From assembly GCA_918797485.1 (NCBI GenBank), contig CAKKNE010000005.1, forward strand, positions 4,898,001 to 4,962,000: 64,000 nucleotides of DNA. The letters are read 5' to 3'. Under the pieces are notes generated by a model. It did not search any database. It saw only the letters and a list, made by a program, of their open reading frames with translations, and was not told where the DNA came from. A program made the position numbers and the translations under genes. Each line of letters starts with the position of its first letter. Within the stretch, counting starts at the first letter, position 1. Of the stretch, positions 9,015 through 19,464 are shown piece by piece. The DNA is from Pelagomonas calceolata. Taxonomy: Eukaryota.

Positions 9015-10289
9015 TCACGCACCGCCGACCACGCTGCTCCCGCCGCGCAGCAGGATCTTCGAGACGCACTGGAGCGCGCGGCGCTGGACGTCCTCGTCCT
9101 CGTGGTCGATCAGCTTGAGCGCGGCGTCCTTCGCGCCGAGCTTTACGAGCGCACTCTTCGCCCCCGCGTGACGGTGCGCGATCTCGCCGAGGTCGTACGA
9201 CGCGACGGCCAGCGCCTCGACGTCGCCGGTCGCTTCCGAGAGGACTTCGACGAGGCGCCGGACGAGAGCGAAGTCGTCCTTCTCCGCGGCCTTGGCGTGC
9301 TCGACCCAGAAGGCCTCCGAGTGCACCGGGCCCCACCGCAGTTTCCCCGAGGCCACTTCGGCCGCGTAGCGCTCGAGCGTGGAAAGCTCCTTGGAGACGG
9401 ACTTGACCCGCGTGGCCAGCTCGCCCACGGCGGCCTTGACGTCGTCGTCGGCGAACGGGCGCGAGGCCATGGACGCGAGCGTCGTCCCGAGGCCCGCGCC
9501 GACCATGCGCGTCGCCGCCGCGTCGTCGCGCGCCGCATTCAGCAACGCCGTGACGGCGACTCTCACGACCTTCTCGCGCGGCGCGGCCGCGACCGCGCCG
9601 CAGAGCGCCTCGACGGCGTGGCTCCGCACGAAATCGTCCGGCGCGTCCTCCTCGAAGCTGAGGCACCAGAGGGAGAACGCGACCTCGTACTTGAGCTGCG
9701 CGCCGCCGCCGGCGTCGTTGAGGCGCGCCGCGAGCAGCGCGACGCCGCCTTGCGCGGCGAAGGCGGCGCGCGCGCGCGGCGCGCGGAGCGCCACGGCGAG
9801 CGCCGGCGCGGCCTCGCGGGCGGAGGTGCCGTCGGCCATCTGCGTCGCGAGCCACGCGACGAGCGGCCCGGCGTCGGCTTGCGCGTCCGCGGCCACGAGC
9901 GCCGCGGCCACGGCCGCGGCGACGCGCGTGCTGTAGGCGTCGCCGGCGCGAGCCGCCTTGCCCGCGGCGGCCACGAAGTTCGCGAGGCCGCCCGGCGCGA
10001 AGAGCTGCGCCTTGGCCGCCGCGGCGCCGTCGGCCACGAGCACGTCCTCGGCCTTGGTGACGCAGTAGCGGCGCGCGGCGCCGTCGTCGACGCCGCCGGC
10101 CACGGCGGCGAGCGCCGCGGCGTAGGCGCGCGCGGCGGCGGCGTCGCCCAGCACGGCCTCGAGCGACGAGGCCTCGGCGCCCTTGATCGCGGCCGCGTGC
10201 TGGTCGGCGACGGCGCCTTCGCGGATGAGGCGCTGCCAGTCGACGGCGCCGAACTGGAGGGCGTCGTCCCGCGTCGTCATGGACGCCAT
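9015..10289 (-). CDS. ATP6V1H: V-type proton ATPase subunit H
   Basis: QLKYEVAFSLWCLSF, REKVVRV, LSTLERYAAEVASGKLRWGPVHSEAFW.E, AVASYDLGE, LGAK..ALKLIDHEDEDV...AL.CVSKI. Confidence 0.95.
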   Translation of the reverse strand: MASMTTRDDALQFGAVDWQRLIREGAVADQHAAAIKGAEASSLEAVLGDAAAARAYAAALAAVAGGVDDGAARRYCVTKAEDVLVADGAAAAKAQLFAPGGLANFVAAAGKAARAGDAYSTRVAAAVAAALVAADAQADAGPLVAWLATQMADGTSAREAAPALAVALRAPRARAAFAAQGGVALLAARLNDAGGGAQLKYEVAFSLWCLSFEEDAPDDFVRSHAVEALCGAVAAAPREKVVRVAVTALLNAARDDAAATRMVGAGLGTTLASMASRPFADDDVKAAVGELATRVKSVSKELSTLERYAAEVASGKLRWGPVHSEAFWVEHAKAAEKDDFALVRRLVEVLSEATGDVEALAVASYDLGEIAHRHAGAKSALVKLGAKDAALKLIDHEDEDVQRRALQCVSKILLRGGSSVVGGA

Positions 10290-10473
10290 TTTATCACCGC
10301 CGAGGGCGTGTGGTCGCTTTTTGTGTTTTTGTGGCTGGCGCTTCGCGGGTGCGCCTCCGCGCTGATCGGGGTGTTATGCGCTACGCGTGCGGTGCACACT
10401 GAAGCTTTCAATCGATGGCGAGCCCCGTGAGCGGCGAAATAATGAGCAAAAATGGCTGGCCGCAAAACTCGGT

Positions 10474-10496
10474 GCTAGCGGCTGTAACACTCTAGC
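10474..10496. promoter_or_regulatory. CTAG-flanked intergenic motif, copy 3 (divergent promoter)
   Basis: gctagcggctgtaacactctagc, midway between starts at 10289 (-) and 10657 (+). Confidence 0.6.
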
Positions 10497-10656
10497 AAAA
10501 GCGGAGGGAAAAATCGCATCGTCTTCCCTAAAACGACCCGATCCGCTTTATCCATTGACGTTTTTGCGTGCAGGAAACAATAGTCGCTGTGTCTAACGCA
10601 GCAGTGGTCAAGTAGCACCGTTCGCATCGCTCTCAGCCCGAGAGCCAGGACACAGC

Positions 10657-12321
10657 ATGACCGACGTCGTCGCCGAGTCCGCGGAGCGCCAGTGGCCGCC
10701 GACGCCGCCCGCGTGGATCGACGACCGCGCGTCGCAGCGCTGCACGGGCCGCTCGTGCCACGTCGTCTTCGACGGCCTCGTGGAGCGGCGCCACCACTGC
10801 CGCTTCTGCGGCAACCTGTTCTGCCACCGCTGCTCGGCGCGCAAGGCCATGCTCCCGCCGCAGTGGGCGATCAAGGAGCCCCAGCGCACGTGCGACACGT
10901 GCTATAGCATCCTGGCGCCGGAGCAGGAGGGCTGGATCAAGGGCAACGCGAACGCGGAGCGGGAGAACTTCCTCGAGGACGACTCGACGACGAAGTACCT
11001 CAACAGCCCCCTCCGGTTCACGCTGGGCGGCGAAATCCGCAAGGCCTCGTACGCGATCCAGAACTTGACGGACCGCGACAACGTCAACTACTGGGGCCGC
11101 GACGCCGAGTACGCGACGGAGATGCTCGAGGCCGTCGAGGGCCTGCTCTTCATGACCGTGGGCAAGGTCGCGTTCATCGGCGGCGTGCGCGTCGGCACGG
11201 GGCTCGTGTTGGCGAAACTGCCGGACGGGACGTGGTCGGCGCCGTGCGCCGTGGGCAACTTTGGCGTCACGTTCGGCGCGTGCGTCGGCGCGGAGGTTAC
11301 GGACATGGTCACGGGCATCGACCGCGAGACGATGGAGAAGTTCGCGAACGAAACCGTCTCGAACGTCATGGTCGGCGGCGAAGCGTCCGTCGCTCTGGGG
11401 CTGCTCGGCCGGTCGGCGACCGGAGAGGCCTACCTCGCGGCCAGCGGCTCGCAGAACTCGGAGGCGTACATGAGCTACTCGCATAGTAGAGGCGGCTACG
11501 CGGGCGTCACGGTCGACGCGGCGTACGTCTCGGTGCGCAAGGACGTGAACGAAAAGTTCTACGGCTACAAGGTCGGCGCGCGCGACATCTTGGGCGGCAG
11601 AGTGGACCGCCCGCGGGCCGCCGAGCCGCTGTACGCAGCTTTGGACCGCTTCTACGCGACCGTTTTTCCCCAGCGTCAGGGCCACGGCGACGAGTTCTAC
11701 GGCGCCGACGGCGCGCCGCCGCGGACCTTCGCGGGAGGAACCGGCTACGTGGCGGACAACTCCGCGTACGGCCACCGCCGCGCGTCGGGCGCGGACGACC
11801 TCCGCTACGACGAGTACGGGCGGCCCATCCTCGCGTCCGCCGAGCCGCCGGCGCCGCCCCGGGCGCCGCCCGCGCAGCCGGTCGTCCGCGCACAGCCAGG
11901 GGCAACCGCCCCGCGCGTCGTCACCGCCGTCAAGGCCAAGCCGGCCGGGGCCAAGCCGGCCGGTCCCGTGCGCGCCGGCCGCGTCGTCGCCGCGCGGCGC
12001 TCGCCCTCGGCGGGGCCCGTGGTCGCCGCCGTGCCGCCTGCACGGTCGGCGCCGCCGCCGCCCGCGTACACGGCGCCGCCGACCGTGTCCGCCGTCCGCG
12101 CGGTCGCCGCGGCGCCGCCGCCGCCCGTCGCCGCGGCGCCGCCGCCCGCGGAGGACGCGGCGCCGCCGGCTGAGCCGCCCGCTGAACCGCCGGCAAAGGA
12201 GCCCGCGACGCCGGAGCCCGAGGTGGACCCGCTGACGGGCCTGCCCATCTCGTCGACGAAGAAGCGCGTCGTCGCGCCCAAGGCGGGGCTCTTCGACGAG
12301 GACGAGGAGAAGGAGGTGTGA
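10657..12321 (+). CDS. FYVE zinc finger + SYLF (Ysc84) domain protein with Pro/Ala-rich tail
   Basis: WIDD..C....C..F...RRHHCRFCG.LFC..C...R.CD.C; then GTGLVLAKLPDGTWSAPCA and SYSHSRG.YAGVTVD...VR.DVN.KFYG. Confidence 0.92.
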   Translation: MTDVVAESAERQWPPTPPAWIDDRASQRCTGRSCHVVFDGLVERRHHCRFCGNLFCHRCSARKAMLPPQWAIKEPQRTCDTCYSILAPEQEGWIKGNANAERENFLEDDSTTKYLNSPLRFTLGGEIRKASYAIQNLTDRDNVNYWGRDAEYATEMLEAVEGLLFMTVGKVAFIGGVRVGTGLVLAKLPDGTWSAPCAVGNFGVTFGACVGAEVTDMVTGIDRETMEKFANETVSNVMVGGEASVALGLLGRSATGEAYLAASGSQNSEAYMSYSHSRGGYAGVTVDAAYVSVRKDVNEKFYGYKVGARDILGGRVDRPRAAEPLYAALDRFYATVFPQRQGHGDEFYGADGAPPRTFAGGTGYVADNSAYGHRRASGADDLRYDEYGRPILASAEPPAPPRAPPAQPVVRAQPGATAPRVVTAVKAKPAGAKPAGPVRAGRVVAARRSPSAGPVVAAVPPARSAPPPPAYTAPPTVSAVRAVAAAPPPPVAAAPPPAEDAAPPAEPPAEPPAKEPATPEPEVDPLTGLPISSTKKRVVAPKAGLFDEDEEKEV

Positions 12322-12361
12322 GTCGGTAAGCACACCGTGTGTCATAAAAGTTATCGCATAG

Positions 12362-14524
12362 TTATGGGGGCAGCAACCCAGCGAGCGCGTCCCGCGCCTC
12401 GGCGGTCCGGGCCCGCGCCACGTCCAAATTCCTCAACACCGCTCGGTGGCGCTGGGCAGCCGTCGATTCGCGCGGCGGTGCGCGGCGGCCGGGGGGCATG
12501 ACCACGGGCGAGGGCGGAGGCCCGAGCAAGGAAGATGACGCGCCCTCCGCCGCCCGCCGCGCCGCGAGGCGCGTCGCGCCCGTCCACCACCCAAAGGCCG
12601 CGCGCACCCCGCGCCACTCCGCGGACCGCGCGCCGGCGACGAGCATGGAAGAGAGGAAATGGGCGCGCGTCGCGTAGTTGCCGCGCCGCCGGAAGGCACG
12701 CAGGCCAAGCTTCAGGGCGCTCCGCCGCGCGACGCGAGCGCCCGATCGCAGCAAGACCAGCGTGAAGCGGTGGTGATGGGCCCGCGCTTGCGCCGCGCGG
12801 TCCGACGCGGTATCGCGCGCGGCCGCCGAGGACAACAAGGCTCCCCGAAAGATTCGGAACATCCCGCGCCGCAGGCGCCGTTCGTACGACCCAGCGCCCG
12901 CGCGGCCGACGGCCCGCGCCAAGTTCTCGAGCACGCCCTGGCGCGCGCGCGCCGCGGCCATCACCGCGAGCGCCCGCCGCTTCCCGTCGGCCCGCCTGTG
13001 TGTACGTCGACCGGTGAGTACGCGTCGATGTCGCTATATACGCGCGGGCCAGCACCGCTCCGCGGTGGCCCGCATGAGCTTCGCCGCGCACAGGCGCACG
13101 GCCCGTCGTCGCCGCACGTTCGCAGCCAGCGCAGTCACGCCCCGCCGAACCCTCGCGTCGGCCGCGCGCCGGGCCGGCCCCTCCGTCGCTCGCAGGAGCG
13201 CCGCCGCCCCGCGGGCTTTGTTCGCGTCGCGCGCGGCTTCCGGCTCCGTCGCCTGGCACGCGGCCTCGGCCGTGTCGCGCCGGGAGCGCCAGTGGTACGG
13301 CGACGAAGCCTCTTGTTGCGTCTTCGACGGCGACTGCGGCGGTGTCTTGAGCGCCGTGACCTCGTGGCCCTTGAGCGGAAGGCCTTTGAGCGCCGCGATC
13401 TCGGCGTTGGCGCGCGCGAGCCGGCCCTTGAGCGCCTTGACCTCCTCCTCGGCCGCGTCGGCGCGCTTCCCCTCGGCGTCGCGCTCGTGCCGGATCAGCT
13501 GGCTCGCCCAGTCCAAGTCGCTCTCCGCGTCGAGCCGCTTCTCGAGCGTCGCGGACCGCGCCTCGGCGCGCCGCAGGCGCTTCTGCGCGAGGTCCATGTC
13601 GTTGCGCGCCGCGGTGGCCACGTCGGCCGCGGCCGAGAGCCGCGCCGTCGTGTCTGCGAGCGCGTCCTCGAGCGCCTGGACGCGGTCCCGCATGAGCGCC
13701 GCCTCCGCGCCGCCGCCGTCGCTCGTGGCGGCGTCGTCGCCGCCGTCGAAGGCGAGCGACCGCGCCGGCGAGGCGGCCTCGCGCGCCCTCGCCAGGTCGG
13801 CGCTGAGCCGCGTGTTTACCGCCAGCAAGGCCCGGACCTGGCGCAGCATGACCTCGCGCTCCACCAGCAGCCGGTCGCGCGCGCGCGGGTCGCCCTTGGC
13901 CGCCCACATCGGCGCCGCGTCGCCGCGCCGCACCCAGTCGTCGACGGCCCCCAGCGCGTCGCAGGCCGCCGCGAGCGCGTCGCTGCTGCCGTCGCCAAAG
14001 TGCTCCAGCGACTCGAGCGACGCGCGCAGGCCGTTGTCGCGCGCGTGGCCGTTGCTCGAGGACTCGGGCCGTTGCTCTTCGACACTACCGGTGATTCGCA
14101 CGGCCGCCACGCCGCCGGACCGCGCCGCGGCGACCTCGCAGCGCGCCGCCGCCGAAAACGCCGCCGACGCCTCGGCGGACGACGCCGCGGCCCCGAGCTC
14201 CGGCGCGGCCCCGAGCTCGCGGCCGAGCAGGCGGCGCACGGGCGTCGCGCTCGCCTCGGGCGGCGCCAGCCGCGCGAGACCTCGGGGCGGCGTCGTCGGC
14301 GAGTAGCTGGCCCAGGTCGGCGGCGTCGGCGGCGGCGCCTCCTTCGCGTATGGCGGCGGCGACGCCGCGGGCGGCAGCATGTTTACGCGCGTACCCACGG
14401 CGGGCGGCAGCGGCGGCGCCGCGGCGGCCACATTTGTTTGGCGGAGCTCGAGCTTTTGGGGCGTGAGGTCGGCAGTGCTCAGCTCGCACTGGCTCTTGGT
14501 GATGGACCTTGGCGGTGTGCTCAT
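12362..14524 (-). CDS. Hypothetical coiled-coil protein (exons 14524-13056, 12995-12362)
   Basis: The 496-aa and 200-aa ORFs join in frame (…RATAER-RADGKRRALAVM…) via a 60-nt GT-AG intron. Confidence 0.65.
12996..13055 (-). mobile_element. Highly decayed introner-derived intron, 60 nt
   Basis: The 3' end actcaccggtcgacgtacacacag resembles the end of the 39016 element (actcaccggttgatttatgcacag); contains catcgacgcg core. Confidence 0.55.
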
Positions 14525-14939
14525 GTCTTTTTGGTGGTGCGCGGTTGTGGTGCTGCCCTTCTACGAGCACTGACTTCAGCGAGCAGCCCTGGTGTGCGCT
14601 TTGGCAGCGCGGCCGCGCCAGTTCCAAGCCTGGCCCCCGCAAGCTGAGCGCGGGCCGGACCGCCGAGGCGCGGGACGCGCTCGCTGGGTTGCTGCCCCCA
14701 TTACTACTAGGAACTTACACATTTTCGGATTCATGCCGTCGGCGCGACGAGCCTGCGGGAGGGACGCGCGGTGACCGTCGCCCGCGGCATCCTAGACGGG
14801 CCACGCAAAAAACGGCAAGAGCCTCGGCTTGGAACGAAGTCGCTCATTCACGGTATTCTCAGTGAACTTTGAAGGCGTTCGGTTGTCTCGTCCTCGACTC
14901 CACTCGACGAAAGAAATGAGGACGCGGCGGCCGCGCGTC

Positions 14940-15383
14940 TCACCCGCCGCCGCCGGGCCGCCTATTGATGAGCTCGTGGCCCTCCTCGACGTCCGGCGCC
15001 GCGGCGCCGCCGTCGTCGCCGCGCCCCAGCCGCGCCTGCCGCGCGCGCTCGCGCCGCCGCCGCTCGACGGCTTGCAGGAAGCACGACCGCTTGCGCAGCT
15101 CGTCGGCGTCGCAGTCGAGCCGGAAGCACGGGCAGCAGCAGAAGCCGAACGTGAGCGCGGCGCCGGCGTAAGTGAGCTGCCGCGCCGTGAACGCGGACAG
15201 TAGCGTCGCGCACGCGCCCGCGTCGTCGGTCGCGGCGTCGCAGTTCAGGCCGGCGACGAGGCTGATCAGGGCGATTACGAGGAGTAATAGCAGCCCGATG
15301 TTCTTCCACGTGCGGACCGCCTGGCGGAGGACGACGCGCGGATCCGGCGGCGGCAGGGACTGCTGCTCGAAGGCGTTGTGCAT
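14940..15383 (-). CDS. Small hypothetical membrane protein, two TM segments, Cys-rich
   Basis: 147-aa ORF with hydrophobic IGLLLLLVIALISLVAGL and LTYAGAALTFGFCCCPC. Confidence 0.6.
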   Translation of the reverse strand: MHNAFEQQSLPPPDPRVVLRQAVRTWKNIGLLLLLVIALISLVAGLNCDAATDDAGACATLLSAFTARQLTYAGAALTFGFCCCPCFRLDCDADELRKRSCFLQAVERRRRERARQARLGRGDDGGAAAPDVEEGHELINRRPGGGG

Positions 15384-15612
15384 TTTTTTTACTACTCTCT
15401 GCGTGCGCAGCGCCTTTTGCCCACACTTATTATTGGATTGAGCGTACGCGCGCGTTTGGTTTGCAGCGATGCGATGTGCCGCCGTGCAACTTGCGCCGCC
15501 GCTCGACGAAATCTAGTATGTCTACGCCTATGAACGCCCCCTCCTAGCACTGCAGGCCAAGCAGAAAAAGCTCTCAGTTTATGGTGCAAGCGGTGCGCTC
15601 GACTAACCCTCG

Positions 15613-16551
15613 ATGCGCCGCAGTGTCATTATTGCTGCACTAGCCCTCGAAGCTGTCGCCTTGGCGCCGTCTCACAACCGCCGCGCGGTGCTGTCGCTGC
15701 CGCTCGCCGCGGCGCCTGTGGTGCCGCTCGCTGCGGTGTCCGCAGCCGCCGCACGGCCGCGCCGCGTGCTTGTCGCTGGCGCCTCGGGCCGTAGCGGTCG
15801 CGAGTGTGTGCGGGCGCTTGACGGGGACGAGCGCTACACAGCAGTACCGCTCGTGCGGTCCTTGGAACGGTGGCGGGTGTCAGCGGCAGCGGCGGGGCTC
15901 GAAGCCACGGGGCGGACCGTGGTCGAGGCAGACGTGACAGCACCCCCGACGCTAGATAGGGCGCTAAAGGGCATCGACGACGTGATCTGTGATGTGGGCT
16001 TCGTGCCGACCTTCGATGCCGAGGCGGACCGTCGCGCAGCACTTGACGTAGACCGCGACGGTGTAGTCGCACTTGTTGAGGCTGCTGAGCGTGCGAAGCT
16101 GCCTGGCCGCTTTGTTTTGGTTTCGTCGCTCCTGGCCGGCGAAGCCGCTGCGCGCGATCGCACGGCGAGCTATCGCATGCTGAACGGCTTGGGCGGCGTG
16201 TTGGATGCGAAGCGGGTCGCTGAAGCACGCCTGCGCGAGAGCCCGATCGACTGGACCATTCTCCGACCAGGGGTATTTGTGGACAGCCCTCAGGGCGGAT
16301 TAGTCGTCGGCGCTGAGGACCGCTTTCTGGCGACGACTGCGGATGCCCGGGGCCTCGACCGCGTTTCGTGCAAGAGCCCGTTTTTTGCGAGCAGCGGCGC
16401 CGCGTGCGGCATCACGCGTAGCCAGCTCGGTGCAGCGTGCGTCACCGCTTTGGGCGACACTGGCGCGTCTCGGCGGACCTTGGAGATCGTCGCACGACCC
16501 GAGGCGCCCCAGGAACGCCCTGAGTCGCTCACCTCGACTGAGGTTGTATGA
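15613..16551 (+). CDS. Atypical SDR / NAD(P)-binding Rossmann protein (TIC62-like), probably plastid-targeted
   Basis: VLVAGASGRSGR, RFVLVSSL, K..AE..LRES.IDWTILRPG; signal peptide ending AVA-LAP resembles the stramenopile bipartite signal. Confidence 0.85.
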   Translation: MRRSVIIAALALEAVALAPSHNRRAVLSLPLAAAPVVPLAAVSAAAARPRRVLVAGASGRSGRECVRALDGDERYTAVPLVRSLERWRVSAAAAGLEATGRTVVEADVTAPPTLDRALKGIDDVICDVGFVPTFDAEADRRAALDVDRDGVVALVEAAERAKLPGRFVLVSSLLAGEAAARDRTASYRMLNGLGGVLDAKRVAEARLRESPIDWTILRPGVFVDSPQGGLVVGAEDRFLATTADARGLDRVSCKSPFFASSGAACGITRSQLGAACVTALGDTGASRRTLEIVARPEAPQERPESLTSTEVV

Positions 16552-16604
16552 ATTCTTGTGGTTATAAATTCAAGATTAGTAGAACAGTCACAACGTTGTT
16601 ATCA

Positions 16605-17342
16605 TCATCGGCGCCGTCGCAGCGGCGCGCGCCGCGGGTCGCGACGGACGCCCCCGGCGAGCGCGTGGACGACGTCGGCCAGGCGCGATAGGTACGCGTC
16701 GACGGGCCGCGTCGCCTCGGACGGGAGGTGCACGAACGCGACGGGGACGAGCGGCACGGATCCGCGGCGCGCCGCGCGCAGGGTGCGGTAGTAGACCTCA
16801 TTGCAGAAGAAGTCCCCCGCAGACGTAGACCAGGTCTCGCGCGGCCGCAGCGCGAGGCGACCGAGATTCGCCGTCGTCGCCAGGGTGCAGGGCTCGCCGG
16901 CGAAGACTGGCCGCGTCGTGCAATTGCCGCTGTTCGGCGCGCCGCGCGGGCCCGCCAAAATGTTGTGCCCGGCGACCTCGACGCGGAGGTCTCGCGTCGC
17001 GTCCTCCAGGCCCAGGTGGACGACGGCGGCCACCGCGCCGCGCGAGACGAGGCCCGCGGCGTACGACACGCCGGCCTCGTCGACGGGCAGCACGACACTC
17101 GTGATGGAGCCCGTGCCGTTGAGGCGCGTCGCGGCGACGGCGCTCGGGTTCTCTTCGCCGTTGAAGTCGCGAAAGCCCGTGACGAGGATGACGTCCGGTC
17201 GCGGCGGTCCCTGGTCGACGACGACGTCGCCTGCTCTCGCCGCGACGCAGACCAGCGTGATCAGCAACGCGGCGCAGCCGGCGCAGTAGGCAAGAGCCGT
17301 GCGCTGCTCGGCGTCGCGGCTTTGCTGCTGCAGATGATCCAT
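16605..17342 (-). CDS. Pyroglutamyl-peptidase I (family C15) with N-terminal TM anchor
   Basis: ILVTGF.DF....NPS, VVHLGL, RVE..G.N, SAGDFFCNEVYY, FVHLP (Glu/Cys/His catalytic motifs). Confidence 0.92.
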   Translation of the reverse strand: MDHLQQQSRDAEQRTALAYCAGCAALLITLVCVAARAGDVVVDQGPPRPDVILVTGFRDFNGEENPSAVAATRLNGTGSITSVVLPVDEAGVSYAAGLVSRGAVAAVVHLGLEDATRDLRVEVAGHNILAGPRGAPNSGNCTTRPVFAGEPCTLATTANLGRLALRPRETWSTSAGDFFCNEVYYRTLRAARRGSVPLVPVAFVHLPSEATRPVDAYLSRLADVVHALAGGVRRDPRRAPLRRRR

Positions 17343-17550
17343 GCGCACGTCTCTGCGTTTGCTCTATGATCTATTTGATTTTAGAACACAAGGTCATGCT
17401 GTACGCGCGCGAGCAGTGTGCTCTGCGAGATAGAGGTACTATACTTATACATAGGGTAAGGTACCTTGTGGGGGCACTTGGGGGCTGCCCATTGCCAAAG
17501 GCCTGCCCGGTCCCGATGGTGCAGCCCGGTTCGTAAGATGCACGCATGAG

Positions 17551-19051
17551 ATGGCCCGGAGGATGACGCCATGCAAGTTGTTGTTGCTTGCGACCTGCTG
17601 CGTCGGCGCGCAGGACTGCAGCCAGATGACATTTAATCCCAATACGGTCGTGGACCCAGTTGCAAAATACGCCGGTCGAAGATGCAGAGGCTGGCCGCTG
17701 CTGGCGAAGCACTTCGGCGTCGAGGCGCGCGCGACGGCGGTCGTCGATCGCTGCGGCGTCGGCGACGAGAAGCAGCCGTGCGGCTTCGACGTCATCGACT
17801 GCGCGAAGCGACGGCGTCTCGGCGGCGTGCGAGTGCTCGTGACGCTCACCGGCTCGAACGTGATTGACGCGGCGACTGCCGAACGCGTCGACGACGATAC
17901 GCTCCGCGTGCGCTGGGTGCCACCAGAGGCGGGGACGTACGAAGTGTCGGCCATATTAAACTGGCTCTACCAGGTCGCCGCGCCACAAGTCGATGCGTAT
18001 CCGAGCCGCGGCCACCCCGTGTACCTGGGTCCAACGGAGAATCGCTGCCCCGGCGGCCGCTGCGGCCGCGCGCAGCCCTTTACGCTCGACGAGTGCGCGA
18101 AAGTGGCCACGGTGCCCTTCGCGCCGAAAACGTTTACGGTGGTCGAGGCGCCGTCGCCGAAGAAGCCGCTCGCGCCGTGCCGCGACCCGGGCCCCGGCCA
18201 CTGGCGCCGCTCCGCCGACGGCTGGGCGTTCGCGCGCGGCGACTGCGCCGTCCGACGCTTTCCCGGGCCCGCCGCGGAGGCGTGCCTCGCCCGGCGGCGC
18301 GTCAAGGTCGTGACGTTTCTCGGCGACTCGCTGGTCCGCGATGCGTGGGCGGCCTTCGGCCGCCGCCTGAACATCACGGTCAACGAGCGGAAGGTTCGGG
18401 CGAGACGTTTCGCAGGCGCGGCGTCGACGGTCGCGAGCGCAAAGGGTGTTCGCGTCCACTTCTCGCAGATCTGGGGCCTCGACGGTGCTCGTCCCGCGTC
18501 GAACAGTGTGTGATGGTCGCGCGACGCCCGCCATCGCAGGCCTCTGGCGCTGCGGCCTCCTGCCCCGCAACCTGGCCTGTTGCGGCTTCGAGCCGGCGGC
18601 GGCCGGCGAGCGCGGGCCCGACGCCGTCGAGCTGTTCGGCGCCGCGCTCCCGCCGGGCCCGGGCGAGGTCCTCGTGGTCGCCAACTTTGGCATCCTGCAC
18701 ATGCCGGCGTCCGCGGGCGACCCGAACAAATTCGAGGCGCGGACGAAGCACGCACTCCGTCGGCTCGATAAGATCAGCCGGGCGGCGGGCCTGAGCGTGA
18801 CGGTCCTGCTGGTCGCGCCGCCGACGCTGCGAGGCCTCCGTAGCCCGGGCCTGCATCCGGCACAACTCGAGGCCTTCGCGCCAGCGATGAGACGCCTCGC
18901 GACCGAGGGCCTCGGCGTCTCGGTGAGAGTCCTCGACCTGGCGCCGCTGTCGGCCGCGCGCGCTGATGCCTCGTTCGACGGGCTCCACTACGTCAGAGAA
19001 GTGCCAGCCGCGGCCGTCGACGCGGCGCTAGGGATGCTTTGTGAGTTGTAA
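17551..19051 (+). CDS. Secreted SGNH / PC-esterase-like protein with an Ig-like N-terminal domain (frameshift near 18480-18510)
   Basis: Signal peptide; TFLGDSLVR (GDS) in the first ORF; NFGILH and DGLHY (DxxH) in the second ORF. Confidence 0.7.
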
Positions 19052-19117
19052 TACTGGTAGTGAATTCAAGATGCGTGCCAAGTTTATTATTACGAAAAGT
19101 ATGAAAGACTCGGACTC

Positions 19118-19464
19118 GGGTTCAGGCCCGGAGGGCCCGAAGGGCCCGAAGGGCCCTTCCAGCCCTTGGGCTGGATGTTAGTGTTCTGCGTCAGGATTGA
19201 GGTTGTGAATAGTGTTTCGTGAGGTCATGGGTAGGCTTTGGTGGCCGGTGCTGGACGCAGGGTTCGGGTTCGGGCCCGAGGGCCCGAAGGGCCCGAAGGG
19301 CCCTTCCAGCCAGTTGGGCTGGACGGTAGTGTTCTGTGTCAGGATTGAGGTTGTGAATAGTGTTTCGTGAGGTTGTGGGTAGTCTTTGGTGGCTGGAGCG
19401 GGAAATAGGGTTAGGGTTCGGGCCGGCTCCCCGGGCAGGGCCCGAAGGGCCCTGGGGCTGGATG
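19118..19464. repeat. About 148-bp tandem satellite, about 2.3 copies
   Basis: Units start at about 19118, 19266 and 19414; they share ggcccgaagggccc and (first two units) tagtgttctg.gtcaggattgaggttgtgaatagtgtttcgtgagg. Confidence 0.85.
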
